Source of the DNA: the human T2T-CHM13v2.0 reference genome, Homo sapiens
Strand: one strand, 5' to 3'
DNA: 64,000 bases
Assembly (NCBI RefSeq): GCF_009914755.1
Contig: NC_060929.1
The notes below the pieces were generated by a model. It was not told the DNA's origin, searched no databases, and saw nothing but the letters and a program-made list of their open reading frames with translations. How positions within the stretch are numbered: position 1 is the stretch's first letter; each line of letters begins with the position of its first letter. Made by a program: the position numbers and the translations under genes. Below, one piece after another: positions 47,885-61,080 of the stretch.

Positions 47885-48330
47885 AGTTAATTCATTTTCT
47901 TAACACAACTTGCTGAGCATTTAGTATGTATCAAGTGCTCAGACCTGGAGACACAGCAATGAGCAGAAGACACCAGGTCTCTGTCCTCATGGAACTTACA
48001 TTTTGTAGTTTGGTGGGGCAGACTGGGAGGGGGTGAAAGTTGTTCGGGAACAAAAGCAAATAAACAAGATAATAATTACAGCTTGTGGTCATTGGTATGA
48101 AGGAGAGATGGGAGTGAGAGGGGCAGGCAGCAAAGCCTTTCTGAGAAGGAGACATCTGAACTGAGAAGCAGAGGGTGCAGAAAAGGCAGGACTAAAGCTG
48201 GGGAAACAGTGCAGTTCCAGAGGGGACAGCGAGTGCAAAGGCCTGGAGGCAGGACAGACTTTGGCCTGTTTCAGGAACAGAAAGGAGGCCACTATGCCTG
48301 CAGTGTACTGACTGAGGGCATAGTGATAGC
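47885..48330 (-). mobile_element. L2 LINE fragment
   Basis: gtctctgtcctcatggaacttacattt...gagcgagtgcaaaggcctggaggcagga. Confidence 0.75.
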
Positions 48331-48882
48331 AGACTCCAGAGGTCATTTACAGGGAGGGCACCAGCTGTGACCAAGATACAACCTGAGTCTCCTGGCACTT
48401 ATTTTCCTGTTTGCACAGATTGCTTGCTTCCTGGTGGTCATAATTTCCTCTACTTCTCTGAATCTTACCCACTCCTATAGACCAGGTCCTGCCCATCTCC
48501 TCCCAGAAACTTCCTCAACTCTCCCAGCTCTTGGGTATGGGGGGCACCTAATATGTGTTTGGCAGTGGGTGACTCTCTTCACTCTCTTACCTCCAAGCCA
48601 GTATTTCTTAAGGTATGGCTTTCTGACCATCTGAATTACAATCCCCTAAAATCTACCTAGGTTTTAAAAGTATTTTTAGTGAAATATTTGAATTATGGTG
48701 AATAGAATACTGATCATTCATGTACTTAATATCTGCTTCTAAGACCATTACCATTTGTCCATATTTGCTTCTGTTTTATTTTCATTTTTTAAGAAACAAA
48801 ACACATTACAAATACATACATGTGCTTATCAAAAGGTCCCAATCTGGACCTACTCACTCAGAATTCCTGGAAGTAAAGCTAG

Positions 48883-49267
<385 letters not shown>

Positions 49268-49754
49268 AGTGGTTTTTATACACAGTGAATATTGACAATT
49301 ACTGATAGTGCCATTTTCAATCTTCTCATCCAAGTAGTTCTTCCTTATAGCTAATCCAGGGGGTCTTTGCTATGCATGAGAATCCCCTGGGGAATTTTTT
49401 TAAAATACAGATGTCCAGGCCCCTCCCTAATCTAGTAAACCAGACTGGGCAGGGATGTTAGGAATCTCTGCCATTAAAACCTTGCTGGTGGGTTTTTAAC
49501 GGTAGCAGAGGTTGGGGCAGAGGAGGACCCACCTCCTGTCTGAAACACTCCTGGTGATCATCAAAGTGAGGATTCAGATGTCCTTCCACTTGCTGTCTCC
49601 CAGAAGGATGTCAACAAGCCTTTCCTATGCCCCTGCGGAGTACTGGGCAGGGCTGCAACCGAAAGATATTGGTCAGGCATGATGGAGAAGCCCTGACCTA
49701 TGTCCGGGATGCAGTTTGAGCTCAGACATTAACTCAGTGGGTGGACTTGGAGGT

Positions 49755-49937
49755 ACGGTTGGCAGATCTAGCAAAGAAATAGGATGACTGCTTAAGTTCA
49801 AATTTCAGATTTCCAACAAATAATTTTTTAGTAGAAGTATGTCCTAAATGTTGCATGCGACGTATGTGTACTACAAAATGATTTGCTGTTTATTTGAAAT
49901 TCAAATTTAACTAGGAGTCTTTTATCTGGAAATCCTA
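49755..49937. mobile_element. MER53-like palindromic hAT MITE inserted in a MIR
   Basis: ggttggcagatctagcaaa...tttatctggaaatcct; flanks acttggagg/acttgagg. Confidence 0.7.
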
Positions 49938-51165
49938 CTTGAGGGAGTATCTTCCGCGTCTCTGAACCTCTGAACCTGTTTCCCCATCTGGGAAATGAGA
50001 GGGCTGGACTAGATGGCCTCTGTGGGTCATGACAGCTTAGAGGTTAAGATGCATTGCGCAGGTCTAGGAGATTTTCTTCTCAGCCCCAGCAGGGGGAGCC
50101 CTAACCCGCCTCAGCCGCTTCACCAGCTAATGGCTCAGCCAGGAGGCAGCCGGGTCCCGCTGGCTCTGGGGGGCCGTCTGGAAACCAGGTTGTAAGACCT
50201 GGGAGAGTCCAGGTTTGCTCATCCCTAGGACAGCCTATTCAGAAGGAGAGAAAGGGAGATCAAAGTCTCTGAAGATAGGACCATCTCAGCCAGCGCCCCA
50301 TCTGCCAAGATTTAGAAGAGAAGACTGAACCCCTAGAGGGGTAGGCACTTTTCCAGGTTCACACATCTGTCCTGAAAATTAGATTCCTATCACCCTGTCC
50401 AGGACTCCTTTGCATCTTTAGAGTACCTATGTTTTTCTGTTTCCAGCTGGAAGTGTTTAACCATTGCAGTCCTGTAGCCAAAACCAATGCAGACCCCAAC
50501 CAGCCCAGTAGAGCCTAACAGGAGTGAGACAGCCCCGCGTCCCTTCACAGAGGGAGTGTGGTCTGGAAGAAGGAAACATTATGACTCATGGATAAAGTAC
50601 CCGTCTAGGCAGTGAGGAAAGAGCAGACCCCTCACATTTAAGTTGGGAGTGGTAGTTGATGATGATGATGATAATTATTATGGTGACTATAATGATTATT
50701 TATTGGCTTTCTCTATGCTGGGACACAACAACCTATGAGACAAGGATCATTATCGTCAGGATTTTTACTGATGAGGAAACAAGTTCAGAGTGTTGGGTCA
50801 TTGGACTAATGAGATTCCATCCAGTTCTGCAGCAGGAGTGGGAGGGAGGGCTGCTTCCATTCTCTGGCCCCTTTGACCTGGGTGCCTCCAATTTCATCAA
50901 GAGCCTGGCCAACTCCTCCTCAATGAAAGGTACAGGGGGCCAGGATTATCTCCAAAGGACCCACACCTTCCCATGAAGAGTCAGTGCCTAAAGGAAGGGA
51001 TGCTCACCACTTCAGTTTAGGAGATGATTTTAGGAGAGTTACGAATTTGGCATTAAGATTGAATTAATTACAGTTCAATTATCCTTTGGTCTTTCTATCA
51101 AGGAGAACATCTCTAAGATTTCTTCTTGAAACAAGAAACAGCATTCTTTAAGAAGCATGAGGCAA

Positions 51166-51428
<263 letters not shown>

Positions 51429-52441
51429 GAAGCATAAGGCACATTTATAACTGCATAACATTGTTTTTTCATTGTATGTGCATTTTTACCATATTTACCT
51501 TTAAGGTTTATCTCTATGGTAAATGATACTAATTTTTCATCTAAGGTAATGATACAATTTATTTTAAATGTTAAAATTTTTGTTTTTTTTTTTTTAAAAA
51601 AATTGATTTGAAGTGGGGAGAAGGACAGATAGAAGGAGGATATAGAAGCTCTACCCTTAAGGGTTCTGGATTCTGAGGGACCCTGTTAACTCAGCTGATG
51701 AATTTTGCTGAAGCCAGCAGGGCATGCAGCCCTACCCTGTCCTCCCGCCCGGGGCCCTGAGCTGATTCATACATCATGGCTCTTTGATGCTGATTTTTTT
51801 TTTTAAACTTTGGAGCTCCCTATAGTGAAACATCCAGATATGAGGGAGGAAGCTCCAGGTTCCAGTTCTCCCCCTTTATCGGTGCCTCATCACATGACCA
51901 AGTCACCCAAGCTCCCTGAACGTCAGTAAGTTGGTGGCAGAGCTACCGTGATAGTAACATGTATTCCATGTATGATCTGCCCTGGGCTGACCAAGGGACA
52001 GACTGCATCATTCAGTCCACAGGGCAAATGTTACATCTCCCACCTACCTGAAGGAGCACCCGGTCCAAGTCATTTTCCATGATAGTTCTCTGCTTTATTT
52101 CCTTTACAGCACGTTTTTATCAGAAACAGTATTGCAAATTTATGTGTGGTCTGCCTGCTAGAATGTTAGAAAGCTCCAGGGGAGCAAGGATCACGCACGC
52201 TGCCTACTCATAAGATCCCCTAACACATTGCAGGTACCTGATGAATGTCGCCGAATGACTGAATGAGCCAATGCTGAAATTTACTTCAATTCCTCTCTCT
52301 ACAGATTCCTAGAGATTATGAGACTAGTGCTGGGCTTGCATTCCTCAAATGGCCAGCACCAAATGGGCCAATCTCTCCTACTGCTCGCCCTCCCACTGTG
52401 TAGAAGAGAACACCAGAATACAGTTTGATTTTTTAGGAGCT

Positions 52442-52447
52442 TTTATT
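52442..52447 (-). terminator. SPARC: Distal polyadenylation signal AATAAA
   Basis: TTTATT on the plus strand; downstream on the minus strand is GU/U-rich TGTATTCTGGTGTTCTCTTCT. Confidence 0.8.
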
Positions 52448-52656
52448 GTTTTAGTAATCTTAACATAACTTAAAATAAGAGAGGGGAAATGACATCTGGA
52501 GATCTAGGTATGTGGCCCATTGCAATTGAGCACATTTCTTGGGTCTGTTTCTCTATCTCTAAGGGGAGTCTCAAAACCCCAGCTCAAAATACGACACTAA
52601 CATGATGAACATGCATGAGCTTTGAAAAGTGCTCTGTAGTCTTATGATGATCTAGA

Positions 52657-52863
52657 AGAGCACTGTCCAATAGAACTTTCTGTGATGATGAAAAGATTCT
52701 ACTTCTGACCTATTCAATAGGGTAACCACTAATCATGCATGGCTCTCAAGCACTTGAAATGTTGCTAGTGTGATTGGGGAGCTGCGTTTTGAATGTTAAC
52801 TAATTTAAATTTAAATCTTAAAAAGTTACATGTGGGTAGTGGCTGCCGTACGGAACAGTACAG
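52657..52863. mobile_element. MER3 hAT-Charlie MITE inside the long SPARC 3' UTR
   Basis: gcactgtccaatagaactttctgtgatgatg...gtagtggctgccgtacggaacagtacag matches the recalled MER3 consensus. Confidence 0.85.
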
Positions 52864-52899
52864 CACTAGAATAATGCTGTGTCCTCCTGTTACACATAC

Positions 52900-53117
52900 T
52901 CATGGTCTCTCCTACTCTCCCTTCATCACACCTGTGACATCTTGCAATTTATATTTGATTGTGTCATTATCTAATGTATTCCTCCTGGACTCTAAGCTCC
53001 AAATGAACAAATGCTTTGTCTACTTTGCCATAACTGTGTCCCCAGTGCTTGGCATGGGACCTGGTGCAGAGTAAATACATCATAAATATTTTGTGAATGA
53101 ATGAATGAATGAATGAC
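52900..53117 (+). mobile_element. L2 3' end inside the long SPARC 3' UTR (antisense in the mRNA)
   Basis: ggactctaagctcc...tgtgtccccagtgcttggcatgggacctgg...aaatattttgtgaatgaatgaatgaatga. Confidence 0.75.
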
Positions 53118-53433
53118 CATGATTAATAAAAGGATATAGCTGCTCAGTCTGGTGCTGATAATGGTGGTAGTGATCAAAAGGGTTAAACCACAGGTCATTA
53201 AATGAAAACAGCTAACTTAGTGCTTACAGGAACCATACACTCCCTGTGTATAAACATGCCGGTGTGTGTGTACAGGTGTGTGTGTGCAAAAGCATAATGT
53301 GTTTGCAAAGGTTTGCATTTGTGTAGTCATGTGTAGACATGCATGCTCATGTGTTTTTGTGTCAGGATAATAAGGTGACTAAGACTAAGACACATGCAAA
53401 TCACCCAGGAAGGCAGTTTCTAAGTCATTACTT

Positions 53434-53439
53434 TTTATT
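53434..53439 (-). terminator. SPARC: Proximal polyadenylation signal AATAAA
   Basis: TTTATT on the plus strand; downstream on the minus strand is GU-rich GGGTGATTTGCATGTGTCTT. Confidence 0.85.
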
Positions 53440-54404
53440 TTGAAGGATTTGTGAAACTCTTCACATCATGGTGAGAGTTTGTATGATTAATAAGAAGCAG
53501 CTTTTTCATGAAATGCTTGGAGGTGAACGAGTTCTCAGCCTGTGAGATCCGACCATCCCATTAACTTTGAAGTTTCTCTTGATTAATAGAAGAAAAAAGG
53601 GGAGGGTGAAGAAAAGGAGGAACATGCTAAAAACCTTATGACAATCATCCAAATGTGAGGAAAGAACAACCGATTCACCAACTCCACTTTTTCTATTTTA
53701 CAACTTTCTACATCTCACTCTTGATTTTGGCCTTCCTGGCTGAAACAGCCTGGCAGTCCCTAGAGCCCCTGAGAAGAGCCCTGGTTCTCCAAAAGACAGA
53801 GGAGGAGAAGCCCTGCAGGATGCGCTGACCACTTCCCAGAGAACTGACAGTCCGTGCTCCCAAAAGTTTGAACCAACAGCCTAATGTGAAAAGAAACTGC
53901 ACTGAAAGGTAAAGGAGGAAATGGTGATGAACTGGGCTTATGTGAGAATGTCTATATTTTCATAACACAGCCCCAGAATCTTTCTCTCAGTTACAGCCTC
54001 AGGCAAACCACGTTCTGGTTGGTGGGTTCTGCAGGGATCTCTCCCACCACTGAGCCTCTAGTCCCAAAACCATCCTTGACAACATCGTGTGTCTGTTACT
54101 TCCCTTTGCCCACCTCCAGGCCACCTGGGGAAGCCCACAGGCAGCCAAGACCCTGAAATGAAATGAACACAAAGTCTGACTCGGTAAGTATTAGTTTCAA
54201 ACAGAACACTAAAGAGAAAAGTTGAAGCTGCAATGTGTGTTTAAGGCAGAGCCCAGCAGATCCGTGTCCACCCATGTGCCAATAAGACAATGGGCAAAGC
54301 TACAAATGGCAAGAGAAAAATGGGACTATTAATGCGTGTGGAAAAGGCCTTAATAGTTAAGTTACAGCTAAGAATGTCATGTCTTGGGTTAGAATTTTCA
54401 TTTT

Positions 54405-54444
54405 TAGCACCGTTAATGTATTCACTTAAATCTATGTTAGCACC
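54405..54444 (-). promoter_or_regulatory. Tandem miR-29 seed matches (GGUGCUA, 7mer-A1) at 54438-54444 and 54405-54411
   Basis: TAGCACC occurs twice on the plus strand 33 nt apart, about 100-140 nt after the stop; miR-29 repression of SPARC is established. Confidence 0.85.
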
Positions 54445-54547
54445 TTGTCTCCAGGCAGAACAACAAACCATCCAAACATTTTAAACATTGGGGGAAACAC
54501 GAAGGGGAGGGTTAAAGAGAGAATCCGGTACTGTGGAAGGAGTGGAT

Positions 54548-54576
54548 TTAGATCACAAGATCCTTGTCGATATCCT
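54548..54576 (-). CDS. SPARC: SPARC terminal coding segment (exon 10): (K)DIDKDLVI-stop
   Basis: Acceptor tttgcAG|AGGATATCGACAAGGATCTTGTGATCTAA; completes the known SPARC C-terminus; TAA at 54548-54550. Confidence 0.97.
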
Positions 54577-55063
54577 CTGCAAAGCAAGAAAAGAGCACGG
54601 TTAAAAATAAGGCTGTGTCGATGATAACGCACTTCCCAAGGAGTCAGTGGACTCCCACCCATCCCCAGGGGCAGGGGTCTAGGTGGCCATGCAAGGTCAC
54701 CCAGGAAGTCAGTGACGGAGGAATCTCGCTCTCTCTGTCTCTGGCCTGTCCCTGTCTCTTACACACGCTGCCAAGTTACACTTCCTGTTTCCTCTCTGTG
54801 TGCCTGCCAGTTCCCAAAATAGTGTTTAGCACGGGTGAGTGCTAACGCTTGAGGAAGGGAAAGAGAGAGGGACAGTTGGATGGACAGAGAAGGATCAGGA
54901 AGACGCCCAAGAGACAGGAGTCAAATAGGCAGAGAGAGCAGAGACAGGCAGAGAGGACAGACAACAGACAGACCAAGAGAGCGGAGAGTGGGGGGATGAC
55001 AACCCAGCACCCTGGGAGCAGTGTTTCTGCCCATGCCCCTTGCTTCTTTGTTCAGACACTCAC

Positions 55064-55212
55064 TCTGCTTGATGCCGAAGCAGCCGGCCCACTCATCCAG
55101 GGCGATGTACTTGTCATTGTCCAGGTCACAGGTCTCGAAAAAGCGGGTGGTGCAATGCTCCATGGGGATGAGGGGAGCACGCAGTGGAGCCAGCTCGGTG
55201 TGGGAGAGGTAC
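55064..55212 (-). CDS. SPARC: SPARC coding exon (exon 9), EF-hand region including the loop [12 protein letters not shown]
   Basis: Encodes [49 protein letters not shown]; acceptor ctgcAG|GTAC, donor CAGA|GTgagt; 149 nt. Confidence 0.98.
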
Positions 55213-57337
55213 CTGCAGGGAAGGAGGCAGGGGAGGGCCTGAGGCATGGAAAAGCTCCACACCCAGCCTTGGGAGGCAACCGGGGAGTTAGCCTGCCCCA
55301 GAGCATGGAGGAAAGGATATTTAAAGCAGGACAAAAAGCCAGAATCCCAGGTCTACCCCTAGCTCTGCCACTGACTGCTCTGAGACTCAGAGAACAGCAG
55401 TGCACCATTCGGAACCTCAGTTTCTCCTTCCAGCAAAGAGGAGGAGATGGCCATAATTACTAACGGCCCTTCCAGCTCTAAGGTTTCAGGGTCTCAAAAA
55501 CAAAGGTCTGTTTGGTGTATTTGATTGTTTCCTAATTGGCTGAGAACTGGGGACACAGAAACTTAAAATCAAAATTCAGCACTTCTGCTATGGGTAGATC
55601 AAAATCTAGCATGACACAGCACTGTATATTGTCTATGGACACACATTTATACATCTATAAATGCCTAGTAAAGGGTCTAAAAATGACACACCAATCTGGT
55701 GACAGTGCTGCCTTCTGGGGAGGAATGTGGAAAGGGACTGGGATTGGCAGTGAGGGTCAACGGGAGCTCTAACCATCTTCATAGAGCTTTGCTTGTGTAT
55801 CCTGTAATGTCTGAGAGGGAGGCCCTTTGGATGTCTCTCCCACTGTCCTCCCTCCCTATTCTCCCTGCTGGCCTTAGACTCCAGAGCATGTGTATAATTT
55901 TTTTCTTTGTTTCCCAGAGCCCCCAACTACTTGTCCCTAAAGATCCACAAAGGATCTCCAGGGAACAATGTGACTCCAGTTGTCTTCTTAACCTCTAGAC
56001 CTCGCAGCCCCACCCAGCTCACCAAAGAAATCACACAATGTTTGAACTGATAGGAACATTCTCCTCCCCTTCATTGTACTGGTGGAAAACTGAGGCCCAG
56101 GGAGGGGCAGGGATGCAGGCAAGGTCACCTACAGCCCTGGGATGGGAGGAGGAGGAAGCGGGTCCCCTTGCCCAAGCTGGACCCCTTTCCCAGATGTGCT
56201 GTTCTTGCACCCCATCTGAAAGCCTCCCTCCAGGCCCTCTGTTGCAGTGGGATCAAATTGCTTTGCCTGAGCTCCAGATGTTCCCCTTTGACTTTTCCCC
56301 TCCCTGCCATAATGAGTGACTCAGTTGGATCCCAGCCATGGCAAAAGCCTGGGAGAGAAGTGGCCGGGAGATTCCCAGAGCCCAGGAGACCCCAGCCCTC
56401 AGGATCACTGGCAGGGTTGGCAGACTCCAGGCACACAGGCTGGACAAAGAGCGAGGGGTGAACATCCTAGAGAGGAAGTTCCCTGAGTATGTGAGTAGGG
56501 CAGCCCTTCCTTTCCCCTCTGTGTGATGCTCTGCTTCCACAACCCAAGGACGAAGAAAAAACCACTCTGGGAAGGTGCAGGTGTAGCTTGCTCCATCTGA
56601 GGCTGAGCAGGGGCTCTCACTTCATCACCACAAGAGAAGTTCAGAAGGTAGTGACAGGTTATGAACAGAGTATGAGTCCATGAGGGCAAGGACCATGCCA
56701 GCTCTGACTGCTGTTCAATCCCCTGCCTAGAATAGTGCAGGGCACAAAATGCACACTCCATAAGCATTTGCTAACTGGCCAGCTGCCTGCCTGTTCGGCA
56801 GTGCAGTTGCACAGGGCCTCATAACTCGTTTGGACAAGGGACAAGAGCCCTCAAACTGGGGGCTTGCAAAATAGACAGGCTTTTTTGGATAACTTCCAGG
56901 GTCAGTTGGGCCCTATTGGGGCTGAGCCTTAGGAGGGGGCTTAGACAGTGCCAGGTGGCTGCTCTGCCCCTGGATGTTCTGCTGAAGGACAGGGGGCGTG
57001 TGGCTGACCCAACCTTGTCCCCTGCCACCCCTTGGAGCCTGGTACTCCTTCTTAATTCACACTCCTTCATTATCCAGATATCCACGCCTAGTACTTGCAG
57101 GATTATGGAGCTATTTTGAGCTCCTACTGACTTTCACCTCAGCATGAGAGTGTCTTATCGGTTTCTTTGTCCCAGGTCCACATCTTTTCTCCAGATGCCT
57201 CATCCTTCTGCTCCAATCCCCAGGCAAACTGTGGATGCCAGGGCTTGGAGCAGTATAGGCTGCTGAGAGGCTTTCTGGCCATAGCTAGTGCACCTGCCAG
57301 CCTTGAGCTCTGTTCACTCTAGGGTCTGGGGTCTTAC

Positions 57338-57486
57338 CCGTCAATGGGGTGCTGGTCCAGCTGGCCGAACTGCCAGTGTACAGGGAAGATGTACATGTTA
57401 TAGTTCTTCTCGAAGTCCCGGGCCAGCAGCTCCACGGGGTGGTCTCCTGCCTCCAGGCGCTTCTCATTCTCATGGATCTTCTTCAC
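57338..57486 (-). CDS. SPARC: SPARC coding exon (exon 8), EC domain up to the first EF-hand
   Basis: Encodes [49 protein letters not shown](G); acceptor cctcAG|GTG, donor GG|GTaag; 149 nt. Confidence 0.98.
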
Positions 57487-57721
57487 CTGAGGGAGTAGAG
57501 ACTGTGTGTGACAAGAGGTCCATGGAGATTGTCTGGACCAGTCGGGCCCTCCCACCCCTCCCAGAAGGCCAGAGCAGGCAGAGACTAGCCAGACCAAAGC
57601 TCACAGCGAGGGGAGGGAGGTGTCATAGATGGGTACTAGCATCTCATTCACAAAAATAGAAGCCTGGGATGACCTCAAAGAATTCTCCATATAGCTACCC
57701 ACATCAAAATCACCTGGCGAA

Positions 57722-58065
<344 letters not shown>

Positions 58066-58443
58066 CTAGAGACACTGTTTCAGTGGCCTGAGATGGGGCC
58101 AAGGAATCTGCATTTTATCAGCTTCTTGGGGTAGTTAATATGCTCATTAAAGCTTAAGATCCACAGACTCCAAAGGAAAAAGGAATAGGGCTGTTTGTGT
58201 CTCTTTTGTTTAACGTTAGGTTAAGCAAAGGGAGCAGGTCTCTGCTGCAGGACTTCTCAGAGCCTCTAAGATGTTAATGTGCACCACAGCCTCCAAAGGC
58301 AGGAAGAGAAGTACGTGTCCTGGTGCTCAGGGGTAAATGCACGCTCCGGAGCAGGATGCCGCCCTGCAGCTGGGGGCCCAGTTCTAGGAATGGGACTGGA
58401 TCTTCACCAGCACGGGGCCAGCAAGGCCAGAGAGACCACTTAC

Positions 58444-58577
58444 CCGCAGCTTCTGCTTCTCAGTCAGAAGGTTGTTGTCCTCATCCCTCTCATACAGGGT
58501 GACCAGGACGTTCTTGAGCCAGTCCCGCATGCGCAGGGGGAATTCGGTCAGCTCAGAGTCCAGGCAAGGGGGGATGT
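58444..58577 (-). CDS. SPARC: SPARC coding exon (exon 7), start of the extracellular calcium-binding (EC) domain
   Basis: Encodes (Y)[44 protein letters not shown]; acceptor aacctAG|AC, donor CGG|GTaagt; 134 nt. Confidence 0.98.
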
Positions 58578-59095
58578 CTAGGTTCCAAACACAAGGGCGG
58601 TCAGCACAGACCCTGCCTGGGCCGTGCTCCCCACCCCAGGCCCCCACCCACCCACATACCACCTGCATTGGTGGCCTTGGCACAGTGGCTCAACCTCTCC
58701 AGGCCACAGTTTCTTCACAGGACAATGAGCAGAGGAGATTATGTGTGGGAAGAATGCCCTAGAAATGCATTGTGCAAAGGCATGGCTGCTGCTTTCCTCA
58801 GCCTAATCTGCTCTGCTCAGGGAAATGGATGGCTCCTGCACCTTACTGGGTGCTGGGCTTTGGGTGTGATCCTAGCTGAGACTGAGCCCATGTTGTTCAC
58901 GTCAACCACTGGCAGGTGTTTGAAGCTGGGAGGCTGAGGGATCACATCTATCCACAGGCCCAGCTTGGCAGGGAGTGGGGAGTAGAGGACTCAGGAATGT
59001 GTAACCACCAGAACCTTCTTAGAAATGATTCCAACCTGGTCTTTGGAACTTAGAATCCCAAATGTTGGACCTGAAGATTTCATCCAAGTCCACAC

Positions 59096-59429
<334 letters not shown>

Positions 59430-60640
59430 CAGGTTCACACTTTGTACTGGACTTATTAGAGGTCAGCATGGAGAGAAGGGACTTGCTCAAGGCCACAATG
59501 TCAGAGCCTCATCCAGCATCCAGGGCAGTGTGGTCACCTGGGGGCTTAGGGGTCTGTTCTTCCCTCATCATTGAACCAGGGAAAGTCCCCTCTGTGAGGC
59601 TACCTTCATCATCAGCTGGGGTCTGGGAGAGAATATCTGGTGATAAAAACCTTAGGAGTTGAAGTGAGTGGGCAACATGCCTCAGGGAAAGCAAAGCCAC
59701 TTCATAAAGACTCCTTAAGACAGGCTCTCTAGTCTTGCTGCCCAGGGACTTCCTACCCATGCTTCTTCCCCCAACCCTCCTTTTCTACTCTGTACCTTCT
59801 CAATTTCATACCTGGGGTCCCACGAGGAGAACTTTGTTTCCCACCCCCTACATACTTTTCTGCACCCTGTACACCTGAGGTAGGTGAGTGGCTCTCCTCA
59901 TTGCCATCGGGTGCCAGAATACACAAGACCCACAGTGTGGATGTTGCCTTGGAGGGGGAGCAGGTGTGGTCTTGGGGGTCTCCCATGATAGGGAGGATAC
60001 TGAACAAGGCACTTGGCCCCACTGAGTTTGCAGCTGGGGTCACTAACCAAAGATCAGACCACACCCTGGCATCCCTCCCCAGACAACTGACTCCCAGGTT
60101 TCCAGAAGAGGGTGCTTATCCTCTCTCTTCGGAGGGCAGATAGGAATGTAATGGAGTAAAAGGGTGAAGATATGACAGTACCAAGTAACAGGGCCCAAAG
60201 CAAACCGACAGGCATGCCCTTATTTTAAAGCATTCAAAATCAGATATTTTCAAAATATTTTGTAGGCCCAGGTCAAACATCATTTTTGCTTTACAGTGTT
60301 GAAGCAAGAAAGATTCAACTTAGCCTGAGAGAAGAAATTCTTCCTCATTAGAGAAATGAAATGCAGTTGTCTCAGATGCTAGTGAGAGACTCCAGAAATC
60401 TTCCCTGATGTTGACCTTCCATAATCGCTCAGTCCTTCCCCAGAAAGTGCCCTGAACTCAGAGTTGAGAGGAGCCAACTCATAGACAATTACCTCATTTT
60501 ATAAATGGGGATGCCGAGACTCAGAAAGGGAGAGAGATTTGCCCAAGATCACCCAGCATGGGGGTGGCAGAGACAGCATCAGTGCCAGCTCAGAGCTCTC
60601 TCCCCAAGACAGGAGTCTGGAAGGGCCCAAGGACACTCAC

Positions 60641-60761
60641 ATTTGCAAGGCCCGATGTAGTCCAGGTGGAGCTTGTGGCCCTTCTTGGTGCCCTCCAGGG
60701 TGCACTTTGTGGCAAAGAAGTGGCAGGAAGAGTCGAAGGTCTTGTTGTCATTGCTGCACAC
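60641..60761 (-). CDS. SPARC: SPARC coding exon (exon 6), Kazal part of follistatin-like domain including the N-glycosylation sequon NKT and the KGHK peptide
   Basis: Encodes [40 protein letters not shown]; acceptor caacAG|GTG, donor AAAT|GTgagt; 121 nt, phase matches both neighbours. Confidence 0.98.
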
Positions 60762-61080
60762 CTGTTGGCAAAGCACAGAGTACCCCCTCCTTCATTCCCA
60801 AAGCCCTTCGCTGATACCAATATCCTTGTCCATTTCAGAGATGGGGACACTGAGGGTTAAGCAAGGAATGTCATTAGCCTGAGGTCATATAGTGAGTTAG
60901 TGATAGGGCTGGGCCACAAATCCACTTTTTGGGTTCCCAGGTCAATGCTCAGCCCAGGCTGAGAGCCATCGATGGTCTCTGAGCAGAGGCATGACTGAGT
61001 CAGTTCTGAGATATAGGGAAAAAAATCCTGGAAGATATTTGAAGAGAAAGTTAAAGACAGGAATGGGAGAGAAACAAGAG

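Larger units (their letters stand above)
52425..54547 (-). other. SPARC: SPARC 3' UTR (short form ~1.1 kb, long form ~2.1 kb)
   Basis: Follows the stop codon. Two AATAAA hexamers with GU-rich downstream sequence give lengths matching the recalled ~2.2 and ~3 kb SPARC mRNAs; the 3' end coordinate is approximate. Confidence 0.85.

Noticed and set aside
54849-55463. 204-aa plus-strand ORF overlapping SPARC exon 9
   Set aside because: Antisense shadow of a coding exon plus purine-rich intron; non-ATG start; no homology recognised
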